From Lytechinus pictus (Eukaryota): a stretch of 64,000 nt of DNA. Position 1 is the stretch's first letter. Each line of letters begins with the position of its first letter. Both the position numbers and the translations under genes were made by a program. This document shows positions 39,761 through 52,725 of the stretch, piece by piece. The stretch covers positions 27,032,001-27,096,000 of the forward strand of contig NC_087258.1 in assembly GCF_037042905.1 (NCBI RefSeq), in the 5' to 3' direction. The notes beneath the pieces were generated by a model. That model was not told the origin of the DNA. It ran no database searches and worked only from the letters and a program-made list of their open reading frames with translations.

Positions 39761-40650
39761 TACAAGAACAAAGCATGGCAAAGACTATACAAGACCAAGA
39801 CATAAAAGAAACTATACAAGAACTGACAGAATTTAACAAAAACAGTAAAACAAATGACAAAAAAAAAAACGAGTAAGAGAAAGCAAACAAAAACAAAGCT
39901 GCACGGGTAGATAGAATGAAGAGACAGAGAGGGGAAAAGAAGTGAAATAAAGGGAGGGTGAAGGGAGAGAGTGGGGGAGAAAAAGAAAGAATAGAAGATC
40001 CTCAAAATATCCTAATAATACTGAATAATAGGGGTGTTGTGATTATCAATGGGATTTTGTTTTATGCTACGAATTGTAGGCTTATTTTGTAAAGCTTGTG
40101 AAAGTGAGTTCCAAGGTTTCATGCCAGAAGATATGAATTGTTTGTTTGTATATAATGTCCTTATTCTAGGTAAATGGAAAAGTCCAGCAGCTCATGTAGG
40201 GTGGTGATGAATGTTAAATTTTTCTTGAAAACAAAGAGTACAAGTTTTAATATATTTATCAATACGATTTCCAAGTGTTTTGATTTGTTTTTCTATCTTT
40301 TAATTTCGTAAATATTATTATCTTTATTATCATCACTTATTGTGTTGATTACCGTTACATTTCAAATTAACATTTCTATATTTAATACCATTACATGTAG
40401 GTATATTAACGGTCACATCCATCCCAAAAAATTATGATTGATTTGAATAAATAGAGAAATTCAAACTAGTATCACACTGAAAATTTTATCAAAATCGGAT
40501 GTAAAATGAGAAAGTTATGACATTTTAAAATTTCGCGTATTTTTCACAAAACAGTGATATGCACAACTCAGTGACATGCAAATGAGAGAGTCGATGATGT
40601 CCCTCACTCGCTATTTCTTTTGTTGTTTTTTATTGTTTGAATTGTTCAAT

Positions 40651-41676
40651 ACCCGTCCTGGTGGTAGATGCCTGATCCGCCTTGTGTTTTGTTTGAACAG
40701 TGTGTTTAAGAGTGGATCCTGTCGGGTCATAGATATATACTTGGTTTCCATAGTTAGTAATGATGATTTCATCTGATGGACTTCTGTTAAGTCTGAGATT
40801 ATTAGTATTGTCTCCCACATGGATTGTTGCCTTCCTGGAGCCAAGGGGGGAGTATATGTAGGCTTCTTTAGTACCGTGAAGCGATACGCATAAAGATCCA
40901 TCTTGTTGACAGACAAGATCATAATATTCCCTGTCATTGGGTATGTTACTATACTGCTGCTTACTACCATTTGAATCAATGATATCAATACCTTGTGCAT
41001 ACCACCCATATACGATACCCACACTGTTATGTGAGTGCCGTGTCATTCCCAACATATATGACCGTAGATTAACGCACTGAATGACTTCCATCTTGGGATC
41101 TGATCCTGAGATGCTCCCGAGGTCAAGACGAGTATCATTTGCTGGCTTGAACCTCTTCTCCTGTGATTTCTTCTTTATGGCTGCCGTAGATGGATGATCA
41201 GTATATTATGCGATGCTCCCGAGGTCGAGACGAGTATTATCAGCTGGCTTGAACCTCTTCCCCTTTGATTTCTTCGTAATTGCTGACGCAGAAGTGTGAT
41301 CGGTAGCCTCCTTCAGCATATCATCTAGTTCCTCACAGAGCAAGATATGAGCAGATAGAGTGTCTGTCTCAAGATGACCTAGTCTGTCATTATCTACCAA
41401 TGTTATTGAACTACAAATACTCTTGATCCTCTGACGATCTTTTGACTTCAAGACGTTGAGGTCGTCATCAAAACTATGCTTTAAGGCATTTATTTGGTCG
41501 GTGAGATTTCGAAGATTTTCTTCCAGCTCCTTGGCCTTGATGGTGTAAGCCTGCCTGACATCATCTAGTAGTGTCTGCACTGCAGTGTGTACCTCATGAC
41601 GTTGTATTTCTATGTTCTGAATGTTCTTTTCCAGCTCTGTTTTCTTGTCAGCACAGCGCTGGGCAAGGTCTTCCAC
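40651..41676 (-). pseudogene. TRIM exon 2 copy D: premature stop (GAA>TAA at 41206-41208) and 3' truncation at about 40651
   Basis: Reads ...DLGSIA*YTDHPST versus DLGSISEYTDHPST in copy C. Homology ends after ASTTRTG, where intron sequence (attgttcaat) is joined. Confidence 0.85.
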
Positions 41677-43737
41677 CTAAGGAATGAAAGTTTGAAAAGT
41701 AAAAACAACGATTTAGATCTGCAAATATTCCTTAACTGTGAAAATATAAATTATTTAAAAAGATAACTACTGCAGACTAACATGCGATAATCAGTAAAAG
41801 AACCCCATACTTACATAATGTCATGTCATTGTTACAATAACTATAAAGAAAATAGTTTATGACATTAAAAAAAAAATTAGGAAGAAATTATATACAACAA
41901 TATTGATGATGGCGCGTTGAATAAGCTAATTATCATATTCAATATATTTTTATTGATTGATTTGATTGATTGATAACGGATTTATTTCATTTTAAGATTT
42001 CATCAAAATTTAGAGCGAATTGTAATACATTGAATTAAAATTAAATGGAAACATGAAAAGCAAGCTCGTTAATGAAGGTTTCCTTCAATAAATAAGACAT
42101 ATTGATACAAGATTTTAAAAAAATCCTAATACATATAATATACAAACATTTTTGTATAAATTAGATATAAATCCTTAAAAATTATTAGTTTATTATCATA
42201 TTCTCCCGAGTAAAGACAAACAAGGCTGAATATTACAAGATATGACAAAAAAATGAAAGGGACACACGAAATAAAACGTTACGAAAACAGCAAATAATAG
42301 AACGGTACAAGAACAAGGCATGACAAAAAAACTATACAAGAGCAATACATGACAAAAACTTTACAACAGACAAAATATAACAAAAACCATAAAAAAGGAC
42401 AAAAAACGAGAAAAGAAAGGAAAAAAAGGTGCACAGATAGATAAAATGAAAAGAGATAGAGACGGGAAAAGAAGTGAAATAAAGGGAGGAAAGAGAGAGA
42501 GAGAGAGGGTGGGAAAGAATAAGAAAGAATAGAAGATCCTCAAATTTGTTAAAATATCCTAAGAATACTAAATAATAGGGGTGTTGTGATTATCAATGGG
42601 ATTTTGTTTTATGCTATGAATTGTAGGCTTATTTTGTAAAGCTTGTGAAAGTGAGTTCCAAGGTTTCATGCCAGAAGATATGAATTGTTTGTTTATATAT
42701 AATGTCCTTACTCTAGGTAAATGGAAAAGTCCAGCAGATCATGTAGGGTGGTTATGAATGTTAAATTTTTTTTTTAAACAAAGAGTACAAGTTTTAATAT
42801 ATTTATCAATACGATTTCCAAGTGTTTTGATTTGTTTTTCTATCTTTTAATTTCGTCAATATTATTATCTTTATTATCATCACTTATTGTGTTGATTACC
42901 CTTACATTTCAAATTAACATTTCTATATTTAATACCATTACATGTAGGTATATTAACGGTCACGTCCATCCCCCAAAAATATGATTGATTAGAATAAATA
43001 GAGAAATTCAAACTAGTATCACACTGAAAATTTCATCAAAATCGGATGTAAAATGAGAAAGTTATGACATTTTAAAATTTCGCGTATTTTTCACAAAACA
43101 GTGATATGCACAACTCAGTGACATGCAAATGAGAGAGTCGATGATGTCCCTCACTCGCTATTTCTTTTGTTGTTTTTTATTGTTTGAATTGTACAATATT
43201 TCATATCTTACAGATTTGACAATAAGGATCCCCTGACTGAGCCAAATAGTATTAAAATAATGCTTATTCTACATGGCCGGGAGGAATTATACAAGATAAA
43301 AAAAAAAAAAGTGAACATGGCGAATGGATGATGTATCGGTCTCCTCATTTGCATACCGACCAGGATATGCATAATAACTGTTTTGTGAAATTAACCGAAA
43401 TTTAAAATGTCAGAACTTTCTTATTTATATCCGATTTCGATGAGATTTCCATTGTTATGCTTGTTGGATTTTTCTCGTTTTGTTCAAATCAACTTGATAG
43501 GTCCATGGTTGGGGGAACTTGTCCTTAAATATTGTTTATGTTATTTACGTACAGTCATGATCACTCCTATTCCTCTCAAAGCCATTTTCAGCTCTTTTCG
43601 TTATCATCATCAATATTCAATTTTAGTGTTCTTTTATAGGTGAGGATCCATGGGAGTCAAACTTCAGGTGCCGCCTTGACCCCCATCCTTCCTCCCCCTC
43701 CTCCTCCACTCCCCTTTCCCTACCCCTCACCGAGATG

Positions 43738-43992
43738 CACTCTTAAAAAATATTAGGTAAAAATGCTCCACGAGGGTAATTATATGTCCAACCAACATTG
43801 CGCATTTCTTTTGAGGATTTTTATTTATACAGTGTAATTAAAAATTGTGCCCATTCTTAAGTAATTGCTGCTTATTTTTTCAACCTTACTGGACAATATG
43901 CTTCCCGCATTGGGTAAAGTACTGCCCCAAATTGGTTGGAAACATACTTACCATCGTGCTGGTTAAAACCTTACCCAATATTTGTTTACAGT
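43738..43992. mobile_element. Small CACT-type MITE in the copy D intron
   Basis: cactcttaaaaaatattaggtaa ... ttacccaatatttgtttacagt; absent from the A, B and E introns. Confidence 0.6.
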
Positions 43993-44106
43993 TTGTTTAT
44001 TCTTATCATTTATTTTTTTCATCATCGACATCAATATTATTATCAGTGTCAATATTCAATTCAGAGTTCTTTTCCACACTATGATCTATTAAATTAATAA
44101 AATTAC

Positions 44107-44742
44107 CTTCCGTCGCAACTCCTGTTCAAAGTCAACCTGGTTCTTGATTTCATGAGCTTTATGACCAACAAGTACACACTTGTGACAGACGTGGACCTTA
44201 CAATCCTCACAAAACATATCCTTGTTCTCTGGTTTGTGGACGGAGCACTTCTCGAATAAATCACCAATGCTGACCTTTCCTTCGATGACATCATCCATGG
44301 AGACAATCTCATGACCGTCAAACAACGTGGTAAGATGTTGATGGCAATGTAAGCACTCATCACACATATAACAATTACATGTTCTGCAGAATGACACGGC
44401 GTCTTTCTGAGACTTGCAAGCGGTGCATTTCTGGCACATCCCGAGGACAGCATTCATCCCTCCACACTTGGCGTGGTAATCGTCTACGCATCCGTTGATG
44501 GAGATATTGAGGCGGAGATCATCGACACGGTTGGGGGACAACTTGATGATCTCCCTGCAGAGAGGACAGACCATGTGATCAAGGTCCTGGTGGGTTAGAT
44601 CGTATTTATTGAGGCATCGCCTACAAAATGTGTGTCCACATGAAGTCAGGATTGTCGCCTCGACAAATATATCTAGACATAATGGACATATCAGGTTCGG
44701 TGAAGAGCTTGAAGCTTTCTCTGATTCACGCTTCTCAGCCAT
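44107..44742 (-). CDS. TRIM copy D exon 1 (RING-Bbox1-Bbox2)
   Basis: Intact ATG, Zn ligands and AAG|gtaatt donor; 636 nt. Confidence 0.88.
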
Positions 44743-46660
44743 CGCTAAATGAATTTAAAACACGAGACCTAAATTCCAACGAATATAAAGCATATGTATA
44801 TCAGTATTGATGCATTGAAACGTCAAGTTCGGGTTAGAACGCAGTGATACAACTGGCTTCAAGCTATTGCTGCTGTGTACTTCAATACAAATTCAACTAC
44901 AATGGTAAAAACACACCCAATTCGAACTTCCTATAAGAAGTACCGGGTATTCCCAGATACCTTTGAACTTGATCGCGTTATGTATTTATTCATCATGTTC
45001 ATTGATTTGTGCTTTTTACACAAATGAGTGCATTGATTACTCCTGTCAAGTTACCTTGAACAATACCATTCCATGAACAATTTCAAGCACTTCAAATTGG
45101 GGAACTTATTTTCGGTTGTGTTTATATTCAATTTAATTCTTTATTCCATTTCCATTCAAAACATAATACAAAGTAATATAAAGTAATACAAATCAAATTC
45201 AATTTTACAGACGAGTATTCTCACTTCGTAAAACAAAAACAAAAAGCAGTATATTATTTAGCATAAATGGAAATGAGGGGGGTCCACTAAAAAGCAAAGC
45301 TTGTAAAGTGTGGATCCCCCTTGGAAATGAAAAAAATATAATCGACTTGTTCATATATGCGTTTATATACAGGAAAGAAAAAAGAGAAGGAACAAAAAGG
45401 TCGAAATCATATTGATGTAAACATGATTACAGAACAAAGTGCAAAGCTATTCACACAAAGAGGTCTTCGCTGTGAAGGATGTGCTGCGCAATAGACAGAA
45501 GAAAAAGCAGAAAGAGAGGGAATATGTGTGTGTGCGTGTGTGTGTGAGGGTGTGTATGTGTGTGTGATTAATGATTTTAAACTAAAAAAGTTTGAAATGT
45601 TCAATAATTCATTCTATCACTCAGCATTTACCAATACACATGCTTAAACAGAGAATACGTCTTGCGTTCTGATCCATGCAGGTATCATTCTCTGTTTTGC
45701 TCTTATTCAGCTAAGTTTATTTGAGTATCCGCCCTCTCACACGGTAAAAAATATCGTAATTTGAATGATGATTCAAGAGAAAAATAAGGCTAGTGACGAA
45801 TTTTTAGCATGTGTGAAACCAAACTAAAATCCCGAACGTTAATCGCAATTAGGAATTAAAATTCTACCCCGGAGGTGAATTCCAGTCAAGTTTCACTCAA
45901 ATTACGGTACGAATTTTACGTGTGAAAGGCTTGTCCTCCAAAAATGTTTTTGGGGCGGAGCTTATAATGTTTCCTATCAAGCACTTCAATAGAAAACACA
46001 CATTATTGTCATCACTGATCTGAATAATGTTCAGATAAGTGATTGTCATGCACTTATCGTATCGATGCAGTGCTTTGATTGACAAGTCACCGATGACACA
46101 TACCGCCTTCTCTATAGGGAATTCGATTCATATAACAGTTTTCGAGTGAGCGTGTGAAAGGTCCAATGATTTTAAAGACAAATTGCAATCATACAGTGAT
46201 AATTCAAGATTCATGTGTTGAAAAATTTGAAAATTATACAGAATAAAATGATTATATTCATTAATTGTTCTGGTCCCAGAATCCACGTTGGCTACCGAAC
46301 TCTCTGTAGCAGATCAAAACAGCTCATTTTGCACCACGTGCATAAAAAATCATCACAGTAGATCGTAACAATATATTGGACCAAACTTTAATCTAGTTAC
46401 CGAATTACATAACACTATCATTCAAGAAATAGCCATTTCAACTTCTGCTTCATGATGCAGAAGGCGCCGCTAGACAAAAAAAAAAGGAAAAGAAGAAGAA
46501 AGTGAGAGAACAGGAGAAAGACCAATATAAAAGAGAAAGACAAAGTTAGTAACGTAAGATAAAGTAGAAAATATTTCGAAAACCTGTGCCACCGACCAAA
46601 ACTTACAGTGGGTCCCGCTTAATTCTAACATTGATATTGGACAGAAGGGGGGATTTTCTG

Positions 46661-47290
46661 GAAGTAATTGTCCAGGAGGTAATAGTCGTCGGGGGTTATT
46701 ATCCAGGGGTAATTGTCCTCGGGGGTAATTGTCCGGGGGTAGTTGTCCGGGGGGTAATTATCCGGGTGGTAGTTGCCCAGGGGTAATTGTACGGGGGGTA
46801 GTTGTCCGGGGGGTAATTGTCCGGGGGTAGTTGTCCGGGGGGTAATTGTCCGGGGATAATTGTCCTCGGGGGGTAATTTTCCTCAGGGGGTAATTGTCCG
46901 GGGGGTAGTTGTCCGGGGGGTAGTTGTCCGGGGGGTAATTTTCCGGGGGGTAATTGTCCTCGGGGGGTAATTTTCCGGGGGTAATTGTCCGGGGTTAGTT
47001 GTCTGGGGGGTAATTGTCCGGGGTTAGTTGTCCGGGGGGTAATTGTCCGGGGGTAATTGTCCTCGGGGGGTAATTGTCCTCAGGGGGTAATTGTCCGGGG
47101 GGTAGTTGACCGGGGGGTAGTTGTCCGGGGGTAATTGTCCGGGGGGTAATTGTCCTCGGGGGGTAATTGTCCTCAGGGGGTAATTGTCCGGGGGGTAGTT
47201 GTCCTCGGGGGTAATTGTCCTCGGGGGTAATTGTCCGGGGGTAGTTGTCCGGGGGGGTAGTTGTCCAGGGGGTAATTGTCCTAGAACCGA
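46661..47290. repeat. G-rich minisatellite (G4-6 TArTTGTCC[TC])n
   Basis: About 40 tandem 14-18-bp units. Confidence 0.95.
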
Positions 47291-47484
47291 TGAGCCCATC
47301 GGTCTCTTGCCCCGCTTTGGTACGTTAAAAAAAAGGCGCATCAAGTGCTAGGGGGGGGGGACATCCTGCCCGTCAGCCAAAATAAATTCTTGGGGAATAT
47401 TTCGGTCAGGCAGGGTATTTTTTTAGATTAAACAACAAAATGGTGCTATATGTCTGCGCATGCATTAAATTTACACACAAAGGC

Positions 47485-47530
47485 GATGTGCCTTGGCCGA
47501 GTGGTCTAAGGCTCCCGACTACTGAACGTG
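47485..47530 (+). mobile_element. tRNA-derived SINE head fragment (related fragment with B box at 9712-9760)
   Basis: A box TGGCCGAGTGGtctaaggc; GGTTCGATTCC at about 9738; no complete cloverleaf. Confidence 0.45.
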
Positions 47531-47824
47531 GGGAAATTCATTTGCTTACTTTACCAGCATTGTGATAGTGCATGAATGTATTCTGAATTTAGACTGTGTT
47601 CTAAAATTTGCATATTCTTAGAGAACTTGAAGACATGAATGTGATACTGCATTATTCAATATGTGTACATGCATATATTTTGTCGTTATTCATTATTGTC
47701 GTTTTTTAAGGTTCGGGTGGGGCCTCAAACACCCATTTACATAGAACCGTGCCTCAATTAGCACGGTGGTCAAACTAGGGGGAGGGGACAAGTTCTCCAC
47801 CCCTTCCCCCCAAAAAAAAAAAAA

Positions 47825-47856
<32 letters not shown>

Positions 47857-50059
47857 TAATAACTAATAAAAATAAATAAAATGTGAAATAAAATAAGATA
47901 AAATAAATAAATGGATAAATAAATAATAAGGGTGGGAGCACAATAGGACATGCCTTCCAAATATTTGGAATTCTATTTCGGTTGATTTATTTTTGAGAAT
48001 CGTATACGTGTAATAACTTTTCATACACGTCAGACAATGCTTAAAGTGAAAATTACCCCCCCCCCCTCTCCCCCACCGTCTCTCTTTCTCTCTTCTCTCT
48101 CTCTATATACCTCGCTCACTCTCTGATTGTCTCTATCTCTCCTGTTTTCGTAAACTTACGCGTTCGTATTTAAAGATGGAACAAACTTAATTGAATTTGA
48201 TTACTTTCAGAATTTAATGAAATCTAGATATCAATAGAATCAATTCAAAATGATAATTGAAACTTCGTAAGTATGCAATTTACATGGATACTAATCAATA
48301 ATTTTGTTTGCAAGCTGTCTCACCGTCTCTCCTCTCCTAAACTAATGATAAAATCACTTGTCTTTTTGATATCTAATACTATGCAGCTGTAGCATTTGTG
48401 GTGGTAATACCACATTTAAGTAAATACAACTTTGACTTCGTAGATTGAAATCATTATTTCCGCATTATGGTTTGGTTTGATTTTATATATCAAAGTAATA
48501 TCAAGATAATATATAGTGTACAGACATAAAGAATTACAAATGCGAATGTTAACATACATGTACAAGATACAGATGGATCACTCTATTCAGAGTCATTCAT
48601 AATGATGATGTTCTTCATATAGAGATCTAATCACAGTAATGAGAGAAATAATATGACAATAAACAAGAATAAATGAATAAAAACGTATTTTGTTATACAA
48701 TTCAAAACAAAATACTAATAAGCATAACCCATGAACGCGTGATAAACAAAGCATAGTATAAGAAGTGTTTTCTTCGTATGTTTTGATCTCATATGGTCCC
48801 TATAGCTTTCCAATTCATTCTTAAATCTGTCAATATTAGATTTCATGATATGAACACTATTCTCTCCTAATTTTGTCGAACTGTGCTAGCTTCATGGTAG
48901 GCAAATTTTACTCAAGGTCAAAAGCTGTAATAAAGTTGGATTTCAACTGGATTTTTTTTTCTATTTTTATTTACGATAGAAATGGCCGCAAAACTCTGTA
49001 CATGATCCTACAATTTACTTTAAAAAAAGAAACCCAAATTTATCCTTTAATACTACGGGTACATTTCATCGTTTCATGAAGACCGTCTCCTAGATGGTAT
49101 ACATTCATAATATCGTTTGTAACATGCATCATCATAGCGATTTGTGACATCGGGTAAATATAACTATAAATATAACCAAAACAAAAATGCATATAATTAT
49201 TTCTGATTAATTTACCTTAAGCCCCTCTTTACCCACAAAACAAAATCATTCTGAAAATGAAATACATTTACATGACACATATACATAATGACATTTAAAA
49301 GACTAAATTGCCAATGCAAAGAATAACTCGACTACATTTATTTCCCCTCAAAGAATATTTACACACAAGAAAAGCTCATTTAGGACAGAAACGTACAAGC
49401 ATAATCCTTTAATTTCATGCAGAAAATACAGTATTGAATCAAAATTAAAGTTCTATTAACATGCCACCTACTTTGCAAAGTTTAAACATACACTAAAATG
49501 TATGTTATCTGCAGACGATGTGTAAATTAATTTTTAGGAAATATATGTATATTCAACTTTCAACTTATGATGCATGCGACCATGTATGATTGTTGTGAAT
49601 TTCGCTTAAAAGGGATCTTTTTATCAAAGCATGTTTGATGATTTCCTCTTGCAAAATGAATATTTGTTCATTTTTCTCTATCCGTTTTCAGATTGATACT
49701 CGAATCGCTTCCCAAAGCAATACAAATCAATGTTATTCAGCTAAACGAAAATAAACAAGTTTCTAACAATCATAATAATAAATGGAAACATAATTTAAAA
49801 CAATTGTTTGTAAGGAATGCGATGAGCGTATCATTTCATTCGGTGGTAGACTGCTGCCCTCGTTGTGCCTAATTTTAGCACAAACCATTTCCTTTACACC
49901 ATGGATAAAAAAGATCAGTGTTTGCTCAGGCATGGAAAATATGCATATATTTGGTGACGCCTGATAGAGAGGGCTTTCGAGCATCAACCATTATTGAAAC
50001 AAGGAAAATCTTCAAACTTAAATAAATCTTCCGACATTCCGAGAGATGAGGGCATCATA

Positions 50060-50400
50060 GAATTGAACATATATTTAGTTTTAAATCATTTATCTCAAGA
50101 TTAAACATTCTTTCAATCTTCTCACTCCATAATGTTCAATCATCTGTTTTCATGCATTTCTATTATAACAACCTTTTGCCTAATAATTTTGACAATATTT
50201 TTCAAACCAACAGAGATATACATAGGTATAATACGAGAAATTCAGCCAATACTCTCGCAATATGCGGTCATTATTCTTTCTCAAACAATATATTTTCATT
50301 TAGGGGTCCTATTATTTGGAATAAGCTCCCTCAAAATATTGCATACTTTACAAAGCCTCAAAAGACATTTGAAAATCCATTTCATGCTGAAAGTATAATA
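50060..50400 (+). mobile_element. Decayed LINE 3' fragment (paralog at about 380-690)
   Basis: NLLPNNFDNIFQTNRDIHRYNTR...FRGPIIWNKLP is a LINE C-terminal motif. Confidence 0.6.
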
Positions 50401-51021
50401 CTTATTGTATACTGATATAGATTTAATTTTATTCATGTTATTTGTTTGTTTGTTTGTTCTGTATTTCCAGACTGCATTTGTTTTATTATGTTGTTTTGTG
50501 TTAATTTCAGGATCATTCATTTACATGTATATGTTTTTTGTCAATTTTTTGTGATCCTGCCACTATTTTTAAACGTTCTTACTTATGTTATAATGTATTT
50601 TGTTTTAGATATTCATTTTTCTTCGTTTTCTTCATTTATTTTTCATGAAGATTGTGGTAAATAAAGTTTAAATTTCAATCTAAATTGAATAATACAGCGT
50701 GACTGATATTTTGATATCATTAAGTTCATATTAAAAAACACATAATGTAACATAGTGTGAACATGATAATGAAAATGTACAAATTTTGTGTTAAGCAAAG
50801 TGATGTTATATAGTGATCTTCCTCGTAGGAGACAACATATTATACTCTACATAATATATAGCTTATCATATCTCATATAGGCTTATGATTAAATCACAAC
50901 ACTAATAGAAAAGTTCGCTGTGCCTAACAATTATCATTCGTCACCTGATTAGTCATTACACGATAAATAACATTTATGAAAATATGGTAATGGATATGTA
51001 CATTCTATGATAACTATAAGA

Positions 51022-51157
51022 NNNNNNNNNNNNNNNNNNNNNNNNNNNNNNNNNNNNNNNNNNNNNNNNNNNNNNNNNNNNNNNNNNNNNNNNNNNNNNN
51101 NNNNNNNNNNNNNNNNNNNNNNNNNNNNNNNNNNNNNNNNNNNNNNNNNNNNNNNNN
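51022..51157. other. Assembly gap
   Basis: Run of N. Confidence 1.
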
Positions 51158-51299
51158 AGTTAACACTTAGAAAAAAATCATATAAAATCATACATTTATA
51201 ATATACTGAAGATTTTTCCTCATTTAAACATTTAAACGGATCCATTTAATTTAATGACGTTGTAACTGTCGAAAAATATTTCCGCTTGAGTGAGCACCA

Positions 51300-52725
51300 T
51301 TTACTTTTGAAAAGTTAGTGAAAAATGATTCGCGCAGAACTTTGAAATAGTTATGTGAATAAAAGTAGACCTTAATCATGAAGAACACGTTGAATTTAGC
51401 TAGTAAAATTGATTTGAAGGTATCTTTTACCTTTTTAACTTGTTTCCTTGCCCAAAACACTTCGAAGAGTCAATTGCACCCCACCCCACTCCCCCACACA
51501 CACAGAGGCCATCGTGACGTTATTTGCTTTACACTGAGCTGTGATTTACATGAAATGGCTTAGGCTTGATTTTCATTTTGTTAATCATTGTCAAGCTTGG
51601 AAAAAGTGTGGAGAAACAGGTATTAAATGAAAAATGAAATGTAAACCCACTTTAAATGATAAAAACTAAGTGAAAAAATGCTGGGGATGTGTGACATAAA
51701 CTTTTGTTCAGATTTAGTTATGTCCTTAGATCCAGCTGGCACAAAAGGGAAAGGTTGTGCTTACTAAGTGTTGGAATTTTAATTTGGGTGGCAAAATTTT
51801 TACAAAATGCTTGAACGTATCCATTTATTACAACTGACAAAAAGTGCAATGGGAAATGTGAAATGTTTCGCAGAGTAACTTTGATTTCGCCCTTTCCCCT
51901 TGACACAGCGTGAACACGAGCATTTCTGCGAGCTTTACAAAAATAGACAATGCTCACTGAAGTGTAACATTCTGTCAAAACTTTTGAAAAGTTAGTGAAA
52001 AATGATTCGCGCAGAACTTTGAAATAGTTATGCGAATAAAAGTAGATCATGAAGAACACATGGAATTTAGCTAGTGAATTGATTTTAAGACATCTTTTAC
52101 CTTATTTAACTTGCTTCCTTGCCCAAAACACTTCGAAGAGTGCCATTGCGCCCCACACACCGATGTCATCGCAACGATATTTGCGTTACACTGAGCTGTG
52201 ATTTTCATTTTGTTAATCATTGTCAAGCTTTGGAAAAGTGTGGAGAAACAAGTATTAAATGAAAAATGAAATGTAAACCCACTTTAAATGATAAAAACTT
52301 AGTGAAAAAATGTTGGAAATGTCTGATATAAGCTTTTGTTTAGATTTAGTTATGTCCTACGATCCAGCTGGCACAAAAGGTTAAAGGTTATGCTTACTAC
52401 GTGTTGAAATTTCAATTTTGGTGGCAAAATTGTTACAAAATGCTTGAATGTATCCGTCTTATTTCAATTGACTAAAAGTGCAAGTGCAAGTGTATGAGAA
52501 ATGTGTCGCAGGGTAAGTCTGATTTCACCCTTTCCCATTGACACAGCTTGAAAACGAACATTTCTGCGCAAACAGATTTCTGCGAGCTTTACAAAAATGG
52601 ACGGTGCTCATTCAAGTGTAAATTCTGTCAAAATTTTTACTTCATTGGATAGACGAGACCCAAGTCCAAGTACATATGTTAAAAAATTACCCACATGTTG
52701 TATACTTTTTTAAATTTCCAATGTA
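51300..52725. repeat. About 680-bp direct duplication within a transposon fragment next to an assembly gap
   Basis: acttttgaaaagttagtgaaaaatgattcgcgcagaac at about 51303 and 51980, with homology continuing along both units. Confidence 0.7.

Noticed and set aside
47485-47530. tRNA gene
   Set aside because: Only the A-box half is present, with no T arm or acceptor pairing; treated as a SINE head.
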